Below are positions 49,501 to 64,000 of a stretch of DNA of 64,000 nucleotides, one piece after another. Source of the DNA: Eledone cirrhosa (Eukaryota); assembly GCA_964016885.1 (NCBI GenBank), contig CAXHJY010001145.1, positions 33,264 through 97,263 of the forward strand. The letters run 5' to 3'. Each line of letters starts with the position of its first letter. Positions within the stretch are counted from its first letter, which is position 1. Both the position numbers and the translations under genes were made by a program. The notes under the pieces were generated by a model that did no database searches, had not been told where the DNA came from, and saw nothing but the letters and a program-made list of their open reading frames with translations.

Positions 49501-52500
49501 CTCTCTAACCCTTATTTCATTCCTACAATGTATTCTCTCTAACCCTTATTTCATTCCTACAATGTATTCTCTCTAACCCTTATTTCATTCCTACAATATA
49601 TTCTCTCTAACCCTTATTTCATTCCTACAATGTATTCTCTCTAACCCCTATTTCATTCCTACAATATATTCTCTCTAACCCTTATTTCATTCTACAATGT
49701 ATTCTCTCTAACCCTTATTTCATTCCTACAATGTATTCTCTCTAACCCTTATTTCATTCCTACAATGTATTCTCTCTAACCCTTATTTCATTCCTACAAT
49801 ATATTCTCTCTAACCCTTATTTCATTCCTACAATGTATTCTCTCTAACCCTTATTTCATTCCTACAATGTATTCTCTCTAACCCTTATTTCATTCCTACA
49901 ATATATTCTCTCTAACCCTTATTTCATTCCTACAATGTATTCTCTCTAACCCTTATTTCATTCCTACAATGTATTCTCTCTAACCCTTATTTCATTCCTA
50001 CAATGTATTCTCTCTAACCTTATTTCATTCCTACAATATATTCTCTCTAACCTATTTCATTCCTACAATGTATTCTCTCTAACCCTTATTTCATTCCTAC
50101 AATGTATTCTCTCTAACCCTTATTTCATTCCTACAATATATTCTCTCTAACCCTTATTTCATTCCTACAATGTATTCTCTCTAACCCTTATTTCATTCCT
50201 ACAATATATTCTCTCTAACCCTTATTTCATTCCTACAATGTATACTCTCTAACCCTTATTTCATTCCTACAATGTATTCTCTCTAACCCTTATTTCATTC
50301 CTACAATATATTCTCTCTAACCCTTATTTCATTCCTACAATGTATTCTTTCTAACCCTTATTTCATTCCTACAATATATTCTCTCTAACCCTTATTTCAT
50401 TCCTACAATGTATTCTCTCTAACCCTTATTTCATTCCTACAACGTATTCTCTCTAACCCTTATTTCATTCCTACAATATATTCTCTCTAACCCTTATTTC
50501 ATTCCTACAATGTATTCTCTCTAACCCTTATTTCATTCCTACAATGTATTCTCTCTAACCCTTATTTCATTCCTACAATGTATTCTCTCTAACCCTTATT
50601 TCATTCTTACAATGTATTCTCTCTAACCCTTATTTCATTCCTACAATGTATTCTCTCTAACCCTTATTTCATTCCTACAATGTATTCTCTCTAACCCTTA
50701 TTTCATTCCTACAATGTATTCTCTCTAACCCTTATTTCATTCCTACAATGTATTCTCTCTAACCCTTATTTCATTCCTACAATGTATTCTCTCTAACCCT
50801 TATTTCATTCCTACAATATATTCTCTCTAACCCTTATTTCATTCCTACAATGTATTCTCTCTAACCCTTATTTCATTCCTACAATGTATTCTCTCTAACC
50901 CTTATTTCATTCCTACAATGTATTCTCTCTAACCCTTATTTCATTCCTACAATATATTCTCTCTAACCCTTATTTCATTCCTACAATGTATTCTCTCTAA
51001 CCCTCATTTCATTCCTACAATGTATTCTCTCTAACCCTTATTTCATTCCTACAATATATTCTCTCTAACCCTTATTTCATTCCTACAATGTATTCTCTCT
51101 AACCCTTATTTCATTCCTACAATGTATTCTCTCTAACCCTTATTTCATTCCTACAATATATTCTCTCTAACCCTTATTTCATTCCTACAATGTATTCTCT
51201 CTAACCCTTATTTCATTCCTACAATGTATTCTCTCTAACCCTTCTTTCATTCCTACAATATATTCTCTCTAACCCTTATTTCATTCCTACAATGTATTCT
51301 CTCTAATCCTTATTTCATTCCTACAATGTATTCTCTCTAACCCTTATTTTATTCCTACAATATATTCTCTCTAACCCTTATTTCATTCCTACAATATATT
51401 CTCTCTAACCCTTATTTCATTCCTACAATGTATTCTCTCTAACCCTTATTTCATTCCTACAATATATTCCCTCTAACCCTTATTTCATTCCTACAATGTA
51501 TTCTCTCTAACCCTTATTTCATTCCTACAATGTATTCTCTCTAACCCTTATTTCATTCCTATAATGTATTCTCTCTAACCCTTATTTCATTCCTACAATG
51601 TATTCTCTCTAACCCTTATTTCATTCCTACAACGTATTCTCTCTAACCCTTATTTCATTCCTACAATGTATTCTCTCTAACCCTTATTTCATTCCTACAA
51701 TATATTCTCTCTAACCCTTATTTCATTCCTACAATATATTCTCTCTAACCCTTATTTCATTCCAAGAATGTATTCTCTCTAACCCTTATTTCATTCCTAC
51801 AATATATTCTCTTTAACCCTTATTTCATTCCTACAATGTATTCTCTCTAACCCTTATTTCATTCCTACAATATATTCTCTCTAACCCTTATTTCATTCCT
51901 ACAATGTATTCTCTCTAACCCTTATTTCATTCCTACAATGTATTCTCTAAAACCCTTATTTCATTCCTACAATATATTCTCTCTAACCCTTATTTCATTC
52001 CTACAATGTATTCTCTCTAACCCTTATTTCATTCCTACAATATATTCTCTCTAACCCTTATTTCATTCCTACAATGTATTCTCTCTAACCCTTATTTCAT
52101 TCCTACAATGTATTCTCTCTAACCCTTATTTCATTCCTACAATGTATTCTCTCTAACCCTTATTTCATTCCTACAATATATTCTCTCTAACCCTTATTTC
52201 ATTCCTACAATGTATTCTCTCTAACCCTTATTTCATTCCTACAATGTATTCTCTCTAACCCTTATTTCATTCCTACAATGTATTCTCTCTAACCCTTATT
52301 TCATTCCTACAATGTATTCTCTCTTACCCTTATTTCATTCCTACAATGTATTCTCTCTAACACTTATTTCATTCCTACAATGTATTCTCTCTAACCCTTA
52401 TTTCATTCGTACAATGTATTCTCTCTAACCCTTATTTCATTCGTACAATGTATTCTCTCTAACCCTTATTTCATTCCTACAATGTATTCTCTCTAACCCT

Positions 52501-55500
52501 TATTTCATTCCTACAATGTATTGTCTCTAACCCTTATTTCATTCCTACAATATATTCTCTCTAACCCTTATTTCATTCCTACAATATATTCTCTCTAACC
52601 CTTATTTCATTCCTACAATGTATTCTCTCTAACCCTTATTTCATTCCTACAATGTATTCTCTCTAACCCTTATTTCATTCCTACAATGTATTCTCTCTAA
52701 CCCTTATTTCATTCCTACAATATATTCTCTCTAACCCTTATTTCATTCCTACAATGTATTCTCTCTAACCCTTATTTCATTCCTACAATGTATTCTCTCT
52801 AACCCTTATTTCATTCCTACAATGTATTCCCTCTAACCCTTATTTCATTCCTACAATGTATTCTCTCTAACCCTTATTTCATTTCTACAATGTATTCTCT
52901 CTAACCCTTATTTCATTCCTACAATATATTCGCTCTAACCATTATTTCATTCCTACAATGTATTCTCTCTAACCCTTATTTCATTCCTACAATGTATTCT
53001 CTCTAACCCTTATTTCATTCCTACAATATATTCTCTCTAACCCTTATTTCATTCCTACAATGTATTCTCTCTAACCCTTATTTCATTCCTACAATGTATT
53101 CTCTCTAACCCTTATTTCATTCCTACAATGTATTCTCTCTAACCCTTATTTCATTCCTACAATATATTCTCTCTAACCCTTATTTCATTCCTACAATGTA
53201 CTCTCTCTAACCCTTATTTCATTCCTACAATGTATTCTCTCTAACCCTTATTTCATTCCTACAATATATTCTCTCTAACCCTTATTTCATTCCTACAATG
53301 AATTCTCTCACCCTTATTTCATTCCTACAATATATTCTCTCTAACCCTTATTTCATTCCTACAATGTATTCTCTCTAACCCTTATTTCATTCCTACAATG
53401 TATTCTCTCTAACCCTTATTTCATTCCTACAATATATTCTCCCTAACCATTATTTCATTCCTACAATGTATTCTCTCTAACCCTTATTTCATTCCTACAA
53501 TGTATTCTCTCTAACCCTTATTTCATTGCTACAATATATTCTCTCTAACCCTTATTTCATTCCTACAATGTATTCTCTCTAACCCTTATTTCATTCCTAC
53601 AATGTATTCTCTGTAACCCTTATTTCATTCCTACAATGTATTCTCTCTAACCCTTATTTCATTCCTACAATATATTATCTCTAACCCTTATTTCATTCCT
53701 ACAATGTATTCTCTCTAACCCTTATTTCATTCCTACAATGTATTCTCTCTAACCTTATTGCATTCCTACAATATATTCTCTCTAACCCTTATTTCATTCC
53801 TACAATGTATTCTCTCACCCTTATTTCATTCCTACAATATATTCTCTCTAACCCTTATTTCATTCCTACAATGTATTCTCTCTAACCCTTATTTCATTCC
53901 TACAATATATTCTCTCTAACCCTTATTTCATTCCTACAATGTATTCTCTCTAACCCCTATTTCATTCCTACAATATATTCTCTCTAACCCTTATTTCATT
54001 CACAATGTATTCTCTCTAACCCTTATTTCATTCCTACAATGTATTCTCTGTAACCCTTATTTCATTCCTACACTATATTCTCTCTAACCCTTATTTCATT
54101 CCTACAATGTATTCTCTCTAACCCTTATTTCATTCCTACAATGTATTCTCTCTAACCTTATTTCATTCCTACAATATATTCTCTCTAACCCTCATTTCAT
54201 TCCTACAATGTATTCTTTCACCCTTATTTCATTCCTACAATATATTCTCACTAACCCTTATTTCATTCCTACAATGTATTCTCTCTAACCCTTATTTCAT
54301 TCCTACAATATATTCTCTCTAACCCTTATTTCATTCCTACAATGTATTGTCTCTAACCCTTATTTCATTCCTACAATATATTCTCTCTAACCCTTATTTC
54401 ATTCCTACAATATATTCTCTCTAACCCTTATTTCATTCCTACAATGTATTCTCTCTAACCCTTATTTCATTCCTACAATGTATTCTCTCTAACCCTTATT
54501 TCATTCCTACAATGTATTCTCTCTAACCCTTATTTCATTCCTACAATATATTCTCTCTAACCCTTATTTCATTCCTACAATGTATTCTCTCTAACCCTTA
54601 TTTCATTCCTACAATGTATTCTCTCTAACCCTTATTTCATTCCTACAATGTATTCCCTCTAACCCTTATTTCATTCCTACAATGTATTCTCTCTAACCCT
54701 TATTTCATTTCTACAATGTATTCTCTCTAACCCTTATTTCATTCCTACAATATATTCGCTCTAACCATTATTTCATTCCTACAATGTATTCTCTCTAACC
54801 CTTATTTCATTCCTACAATGTATTCTCTCTAACCCTTATTTCATTCCTACAATATATTCTCTCTAACCCTTATTTCATTCCTACAATGTATTCTCTCTAA
54901 CCCTTATTTCATTCCTACAATGTATTCTCTCTAACCCTTATTTCATTCCTACAATGTATTCTCTCTAACCCTTATTTCATTCCTACAATATATTCTCTCT
55001 AACCCTTATTTCATTCCTACAATGTACTCTCTCTAACCCTTATTTCATTCCTACAATGTATTCTCTCTAACCCTTATTTCATTCCTACAATATATTCTCT
55101 CTAACCCTTATTTCATTCCTACAATGAATTCTCTCACCCTTATTTCATTCCTACAATATATTCTCTCTAACCCTTATTTCATTCCTACAATGTATTCTCT
55201 CTAACCCTTATTTCATTCCTACAATGTATTCTCTCTAACCCTTATTTCATTCCTACAATATATTCTCCCTAACCATTATTTCATTCCTACAATGTATTCT
55301 CTCTAACCCTTATTTCATTCCTACAATGTATTCTCTCTAACCCTTATTTCATTGCTACAATATATTCTCTCTAACCCTTATTTCATTCCTACAATGTATT
55401 CTCTCTAACCCTTATTTCATTCCTACAATGTATTCTCTGTAACCCTTATTTCATTCCTACAATGTATTCTCTCTAACCCTTATTTCATTCCTACAATATA

Positions 55501-58500
55501 TTATCTCTAACCCTTATTTCATTCCTACAATGTATTCTCTCTAACCCTTATTTCATTCCTACAATGTATTCTCTCTAACCTTATTGCATTCCTACAATAT
55601 ATTCTCTCTAACCCTTATTTCATTCCTACAATGTATTCTCTCACCCTTATTTCATTCCTACAATATATTCTCTCTAACCCTTATTTCATTCCTACAATGT
55701 ATTCTCTCTAACCCTTATTTCATTCCTACAATATATTCTCTCTAACCCTTATTTCATTCCTACAATGTATTCTCTCTAACCCCTATTTCATTCCTACAAT
55801 ATATTCTCTCTAACCCTTATTTCATTCACAATGTATTCTCTCTAACCCTTATTTCATTCCTACAATGTATTCTCTCTAACCCTTATTTCATTCCTACACT
55901 ATATTCTCTCTAACCCTTATTTCATTCCTACAATGTATTCTCTCTAACCCTTATTTCATTCCTACAATGTATTCTCTCTAACCTTATTTCATTCCTACAA
56001 TATATTCTCTCTAACCCTCATTTCATTCCTACAATGTATTCTTTCACCCTTATTTCATTCCTACAATATATTCTCACTAACCCTTATTTCATTCCTACAA
56101 TGTATTCTCTCTAACCCTTATTTCATTCCTACAATATATTCTCTCTAACCCTTATTTCATTCCTACAATATATTCTCTCTAACCCTTATTTCATTCCTAC
56201 AATATATTCTCTCTAACCCTTATTTCATTCCTATAATGTATTCTCTCTAACACTTATTTCATTCCTACAATGTATTCTCTCTAACCCTTATTTCATTCCT
56301 ACAATATATTCTCTCTAACCCTTATTTCATTCCTACAATGTATTCTCTCTAACCCCTATTTCATTCCTACAATATATTCTCTCTAACCCTTATTTCATTC
56401 ACAATGTATTCTCTCTAACCCTTATTTCATTCCTACAATGTATTCTCTCTAACCCTTATTTCATTCCTACAATATATTCTCTCTAACCCTTATTTCATTC
56501 CTACAATGTATTCTCTCTAACCCCTATTTCATTCCTACAATATATTCTCTCTAACCCTTATTTCATTCCTACAATGTATTCTCTCTAACCCCTATTTCAT
56601 TCCTACAATATATTCTCTCTAACCCTTATTTCATTCACAATGTATTCTCTCTAACCCTTATTTCATTCCTACAATGTATTCTCTCTAACCCTTATTTCAT
56701 TCCTACAATGTATTCTCTCTAACCCTTATTTCATTCCTACAATGTATTCTCTATAACCCTTATTTCATTCCTACAATGTATTCTCTCTAACCCTTATTTC
56801 ATTCCTACAATGTATTCTCTCTAACCCCTATTTCATTCCTACAATATATTCTCTCTAACCCTTATTTCATTCCTACAATGTATTCTCTCTAACCCTTATT
56901 TCATTCCTACAGTATATTCTCTCTAACCCTTATTTCATTCCTACAATGTATTCTCTCTAACCCTTATTTCATTCCTACAATATATTCTCTCTAACCCTTA
57001 TTTCATTCCTACAATGTATTCTCTCTAACCCTTATTTCATTCCTACAATGTATTCTCTATAACCCTTATTTCATTCCTACAATATATTCTCTCTAACCCT
57101 TATTTCATTCCTACAATGTATTCTCTCTAGCCCTTATTTCATTCCTACAATGTATTCTCTCTAACCCTTATTTCATTCCTACAATATATTCTCTCTAACC
57201 CTTATTTCATTCCTACAATGTATTCTCTCTAACCCTTATTTCATTCCTACAATGTATTCTCTCTAACCCTTATTTCATTCCTACAATATATTCTCTCTAA
57301 CCCTTATTTCTTTCCTACAATGTATTCCCTCTAACCCTTATTTCATTCCTACAATATATTCTCTCTAACCCTTATTTCATTCCTACAATGTATTCTCTCT
57401 AACCCTTATTTCATTCCTACAATGTATTCTCTCTAACCCTTATTTCATTCCTACGATATATTCTCTCTAACCCTTATTTCATTCCTACAATGTATTCTCT
57501 CTAACCCTTATTTCATTCCTACAATATATTCTCTCTAACCCTTATTTCATTCCTATAATGTATTCTCTCTAACCCTTATTTCATTCCTACAATGTATTCT
57601 CTCTAACCCTTATTTCAGTCCTACAATATATTCTCTCTAACCCTTATTTCATTCCTACAATGTATTCTCTCTAACCCTTATTTCATTCCTACAATGTATT
57701 CTCTCTAACCCTTATTTCATTCCTACAATGTATTCTCTCTAACCCTTATTTCATTCCTACAATGTATTCTCTCTAACCCTTATTTCATTCCTACAATATA
57801 TTCTCTCTAACCCTTATTTCATTCCTACAATGTATTCTCTCTAACCCTTATTTCATTCCTACAATATATTTCCTCTAACCCTTATTTCATTCCTACAATG
57901 TATTCTCTCTAACCCTTATTTCATTCCTACAATGTATTCTCTCTAACCCTTATTTCATTCCTATAATGTATTCTCTCTAACCCTTATTTCATTCCTACAA
58001 TGTATTCTCTCTAACCCTTATTTCATTCCTACAATGTATTCTCTCTAACCCTTATTTCATTCCTACAATATATTCTCTCTAACCCTTATTTCTTTCCTAC
58101 AATGTATTCCCTCTAACCCTTATTTCATTCCTACAATATATTCTCTCTAACCCTTATTTCATTCCTACAATGTATTCTCTCTAACCCTTATTTCATTCCT
58201 ATAATGTATTCTCTCTAACCCTTATTTCATTCCTACAATATATTCTCTCTAACCCTTATTTCATTCCTACAATGTATTCTCTCTAACCCTTATTTCATTC
58301 CTACAATATATTCTCTCTAACCCTTATTTCATTCCTATAATGTATTCTCTCTAACCCTTATTTCATTCCTACAATGTATTCTCTCTAACCCTTATTTCAG
58401 TCCTACAATATATTCTCTCTAACCCTTATTTCATTCCTACAATGTATTCTCTCTAACCCTTATTTCATTCCTACAATGTATTCTCTCTAACCCTTATTTC

Positions 58501-61500
58501 ATTCCTACAATGTATTCTCTCTAACCCTTATTTCATTCCTACAATGTATTCTCTCTAACCCTTATTTCATTCCTACAATATATTCTCTCTAACCCTTATT
58601 TCATTCCTACAATGTATTCTCTCTAACCCTTATTTCATTCCTACAATATATTCCCTCTAACCCTTATTTCATTCCTACAATGTATTCTCTCTAACCCTTA
58701 TTTCATTCCTACAATGTATTCTCTCTAACCCTTATTTCATTCCTATAATGTATTCTCTCTAACCCTTATTTCATTCCTACAATGTATTCTCTCTAACCCT
58801 TATTTCATTCCTACAACGTATTCTCTCTAACCCTTATTTCATTCCTACAATGTATTCTCTCTAACCCTTATTTCATTCCTACAATATATTCTCTCTAACC
58901 CTTATTTCATTCCTACAATATATGCTCTCTAACCCTTTTTTCATTCCTACAATGTATTCTCTCTAACCCTTATTTCATTCCTACAATATATTCTCTCTAA
59001 CACTTATTTCATTCCTACAATGTATTCTCTCTAACCCTTATTTCATTCCTACAATATATTCTCTCTAACCCTTATTTCATTCCTACAATGTATTCTCTCT
59101 AACCCTTATTTCATTCCTACAATGTATTCTCTAAAACCCTTATTTCATTCCTACAATATATTCTCTCTAACCCTTATGTCATTCCTAAAATGTATTCTCT
59201 CTAACCCTTATTTCATTCCTACAATGTATTCTCTCTAACCCTTATTTCATTCCTACAATGTATTCTCTCTAACCCTTATTTCATTCCTACAATGTATTCT
59301 CTCTAACCCTTATTTCATTCCTACAATGTATTATCTCTAACCCTTATTTCATTCCTACAATATATTCTCTCTAACCCTTATTTCATTCCTACAATATATT
59401 CTCTCTAACCCTTATTTCATTCCTACAATGTATTCTCTCTAACCCTTATTTCATTCCTACAATGTATTCTCTCTAACCCTTATTTCATTCCTACAATGTA
59501 TTCTCTCTAACCCTTATTTCATTCCTACAATATATTCTCTCTAACCCTTATTTCATTCCTACAATATATTCTCTCTAACCCTTATTTCATTCCTACAATG
59601 TATTCTCTCTAACCCTTATTTCATTCCTACAATGTATTCTCTCTAACCCTTATTTCATTCCTACAATGTATTCCCTCTAACCCTTATTTCATTCCTACAA
59701 TGTATTCTCTCTAACCCTTATTTCATTCCTACAATGTATTCTCTCTAACCCTTATTTCATTCCTACAATATATTCTCTCTAACCCTTATTTCATTCCTAC
59801 AATGTATTCTCTCTAACACTTATTTCATTCCTACAATGTATTCTCTCTAACCCTTATTTCATTCCTACAATATATTCTCTCTAACCCTTATTTCATTCCT
59901 ACAGTGTATTCTCTCTAACCCTTATTTCATTCCTACAATGTATTCTCTCTAACCCTTATTTCATTCCTACAATGTATTCTCTCTAACCCTTATTTCATTC
60001 CTACAATATATTCTCTCTAACCCTTATTTCATTCCTACAATGTATTCTCTCTAACCCTTATTTCATTCCTACAATGTATTCTCTCTAACCCTTATTTCAT
60101 TCCTACAATATATTCTCTCTAACCCTTATTTCATTCCTACAATGAATTCTCTCACCCTTATTTCATTCCTACAATATATTCTCTCTAACCCTTATTTCAT
60201 TCCTACAATGTATTCTCTCTAACCCTTATTTCATTCCTACAATGTATTCTCTCTAACCCTTATTTCATTCCTACAATATATTCTCTCTAACCCTTATTTC
60301 ATTCCTACAATGTATTCTCTCTAACCCTTATTTCATTCCTACAATGTATTCTCTGTTACCCTTATTTCATTCCTACAATATATTCTCTCTAACCCTTATT
60401 TCATTCCTACAATGTATTCTCTCTAACCCTTATTTCATTCCTACAATGTATTCTCTGTAACCCTTATTTCATTCCTACAATGTATTCTCTCTAACCCTTA
60501 TTTCATTCCTACAATATATTCTCTCTAACCCTTATTTCATTCCTACAATATATTCTCTCTAACCCTTATTTCATTCCTACAATATATTCTCTCTAACCCT
60601 TATTTCATTCCTATAATGTATTCTCTCTAACCCTTATTTCATTCCTACAATATATTCTCTCTAACCCTTATTTCATTCCTACAATATATTCTCTCTAACC
60701 CTTATTTCATTCCTACAATGTATTCTCTCTAACCCCTTTTTCATTCCTACAATATATTCTCTCTAACCCTTATTTCATTCACAATGTATTCTCTCTAACC
60801 CTTATTTCATTCCTACAATGTATTCTCTCTAACCCTTATTTCATTCCTACAATATATTCTCTCTAACCCTTATTTCATTCCTACAATGTATTCTCTCTAA
60901 CCCCTATTACATTCCTACAATGTATTCTGTCTAACCCTTATTTCATTCCTACAACGTATTCTCTCTAACCCTTATTTCATTCCTACAATGTATTCTCTCT
61001 AACCCTTATTTAATTCCTACAATATATTCTCTCTAACCCTTATTTCATTCCTACAATATATTCTCTCTAACCCTTATTTCATTCCTACAATGTATTCTCT
61101 CTAACCCTTATTTCATTCCTACAATATATTCTCTCTAACCCTTATTTCATTCCTACAATGTATTCTCTCTAACCCTTATTTCATTCCTACAATATATTCT
61201 CTCTAACCCTTATTTCTTTCCTACAATGTATTCTCTCTAACCCTTATTTCATTCCTACAATATATTCTCTCTAACCCTTATTTCATTCCTACAATGTATT
61301 CTCTCTAACCCTTATTTCATTCCTACAATGTATTCTCTCTAACCCTTATTTCATTCCTACAATATATTCTCTCTAACCCTTATTTCATTCCTACAATGTA
61401 TTATCTCTAACCCTTAATTCATTCCTACAATGTATTCTCTGTAACCCTTATTTCATTCCTACAATGTATTCTCTCTAACCCTTATTTCATTCCTAAAATA

Positions 61501-64000
61501 TATTCTCTCTAACCCTTATTTCATTCCTACAATATATTCTCTCTAACCATTATTTCATTCCTACAATATATTCTCTCTAACCCTTATTTCATTCCTACAA
61601 TGTATTCTCTCTAACCTTATTTCATTCCTACAATGTATTCTCTCTAACCCTTATTTCATTCCTACAATATATTCTCTCTAACCCTTATTTCATTCCTACA
61701 ATGTATTCTCTCTAACCCTTATTTCATTCCTACAATGTATTCTCTCTAACCCTTATTTCATTCCTACAATGTATTGCCTCTAACCCTTATTTCATTCCTA
61801 CAATGTATTCTCTCTAACCCTTATTTCATTCCTACAATGTATTCTCTCTAACCCTTATTTCATTCCTACAATATATTCTCTCTAACCCTTATTTCATTCC
61901 TACAATGTATTCTCTCTAACCCTTATTTCATTCCTACAATGTATTCTCTCTAACCCTTATTTCATTCCTACAATATATTCTCTCTAACCCTTATTTCATT
62001 CCTACAATGTATTCTCTCTAACCCTTATTTCATTCCTACAATGTATTCTCTCTAACCCTTATTTCATTCCTACAATGTATTCTCTCTAACCCTTATTTCA
62101 TTCCTACAATGTATTCTCTCTAACCCTTATTTCATTCCTACAATGTATTCTCTCTAACCCTTATTTCATTCCTACAATGTATTCTCTCTAACCCTTATTT
62201 CATTCCTACAATGTATTCTCTCTAACCCTTATTTCATTCCTACAATATATTCTCTCTAACCCTTATTTCATTCCTACAATGTATTCTCTCTAACCCTTAT
62301 TTCATTCCTACAATGTATTCTCTCTAACCCTTATTTCATTCCTACAATATATTCTCTCTAACCCTTATTTCATTCCTACAATGAATTCTCTCACCCTTAT
62401 TTCATTCCTACAATATATTCTCTCTAACCCTTATTTCATTCCTACAATGTATTCTCTCTAACCCTTATTTCATTCCTACAATGTATTCTCTCTAACCCTT
62501 ATTTCATTCCTACAATATATTCTCTCTAACCCTTATTTCATTCCTACAATGTATTCTCTCTAACCCTTATTTCATTCCTACAATGTATTCTCTCTAACCC
62601 TTATTTCATTCCTACAATATATTCTCTCTAACCCTTATTTCATTCCTACAATGTATTCTCTCTAACCCTTATTTCATTCCTACAATGTATTCTCTCTAAC
62701 CCTTATTTCATTCCTACAATGTATTCTCTCTAACCCTTATTTCATTCCTACAATATATTCTCTCTAACCCTTATTTCATTCCTACAATGTATTCTCTCTA
62801 ACCCTTATTTCATTCCTAAATTATTCTCTCTAACCCTTATTTCATTCCTACAATGTATTCTCTCTAACCCTTATTTCATTCCTACAATGTATTCTCTCTA
62901 ACCCTTATTTCATTCTACAATATATTCTCTCTAACCCTTATTTCATTCCTACAATGTATTCTCTCTAACCCTTATTTCATTCCTACAACGTATTCTCTCT
63001 AACCCTTATTTCATTCCTACAATGTATTCTCTCTAACCCTTATTTCATTCCTACAATATATTCTCTCTAACCCTTATTTCATTCCTACAATGTATTCTCT
63101 CTAACCCTTATTTCATTCCTACAATGTATTCTCTCTAACCCTTATTTCATTCCTACAATGTATTCTCTCTAACCCTTATTTCATTCCTACAATGTATTCT
63201 CTCTAACCCTTATTTCATTCCTACAATATATTCTCTCTAACCCTTATTTCATTCCTACAATATATTCTCTCTAACCCTTATTTCATTCCTACAATGTATT
63301 CTCTCTAACCCTTATTTCATTCCTACAATGTATTCTCTCTAACCCTTATTTCATTCCTACAATGTATTCTCTCTAACCCTTATTTCATTCCTACAATGTA
63401 TTCTCTCTAACCCTTATTTCATTCCTACAATGTATTCTCTCTAACCCTTATTTCATTCCTACAATATATTCTCTCTAACCCTTATTTCATTCCTACAATG
63501 TATTCTCTCTAACCCTTATTTCATTCTACAATGTATTCTCTCTAACCCTTATTTCATTCCTACAATGTATTCTCTCTAACCCTTATTTCATTCCTACAAT
63601 GTATTCTCTCTAACCCTTATTTCATTCCTACAATATATTCTCTCTAACCCTTATTTCATTCCTACAATGTATTCTCTCTAACCCTTATTTCATTCCTACA
63701 ATGTATTCTCTCTAACCCTTATTTCATTCCTACAGATGTATTCCTCTAACCCTTATTTCATTCCTACAATGTATTCTCTCTAACCCTTATTTCATTCCTA
63801 CAATGTATTCTCTCTAACCCTTATTTCATTTCCTACAATATATTCTCTCTAACCCTTATTTCATTCCTACAATGTATTCTCTCTAACCCTTATTTCATTC
63901 CTACAATGTATTCTCTCTACCTTTTTCAGTCCTACAATATATTCGCTCTAACCTTATTTCATTCCTACAATTGTATTACTCTCCTAGACCCTTATTTCAT
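43593..64000. repeat. 34-bp satellite array, ~600 units, running to the window end
   Basis: Unit TATTCTCTCTAACCCTTATTTCATTCCTACAAT(G/A); degenerate first unit at ~43593; sequence becomes ragged after ~63720. Confidence 0.98.

Noticed and set aside
43593-64000. Satellite as a CRISPR array or a true telomere
   Set aside because: No unique spacers and no cas genes; not tandem TTAGGG, and strand orientation is wrong for a right-end telomere
63720-64000. Diverged satellite units as a biological array boundary
   Set aside because: Sudden indel-rich noise looks more like low-coverage read or contig end error

Overview
AT-rich, repeat-dense eukaryotic (animal) genomic DNA. The SINE/LINE repertoire resembles cephalopod (Octopus-like) genomes, which is an inference. 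Bases 1-43,590 are a mosaic of decayed mobile elements: tRNA-derived SINEs, piggyBac-type MITEs, three Tx1/L1-clade LINE copies, RTE LINEs with a PHD finger, a mariner relic, R4-, CRE- and CR1/Jockey-type fragments, and several Penelope-like element (PLE) families. Two phase-compatible exons of an unrecognised host gene lie at 13834-14114 and 15979-16066. Bases ~43,593-64,000 are a ~20.4 kb, 34-bp satellite with a G/A dimorphic position and kb-scale internal duplications. The most notable signal is a set of hammerhead-ribozyme motifs in several unrelated PLE-type repeats. These include a cluster of short non-coding fold-back elements at 24.9-26.0 kb, two of which carry intact hammerhead cores on both strands with wobble-preserving substitutions. 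All calls were made by eye; no searches or folding programs were run.
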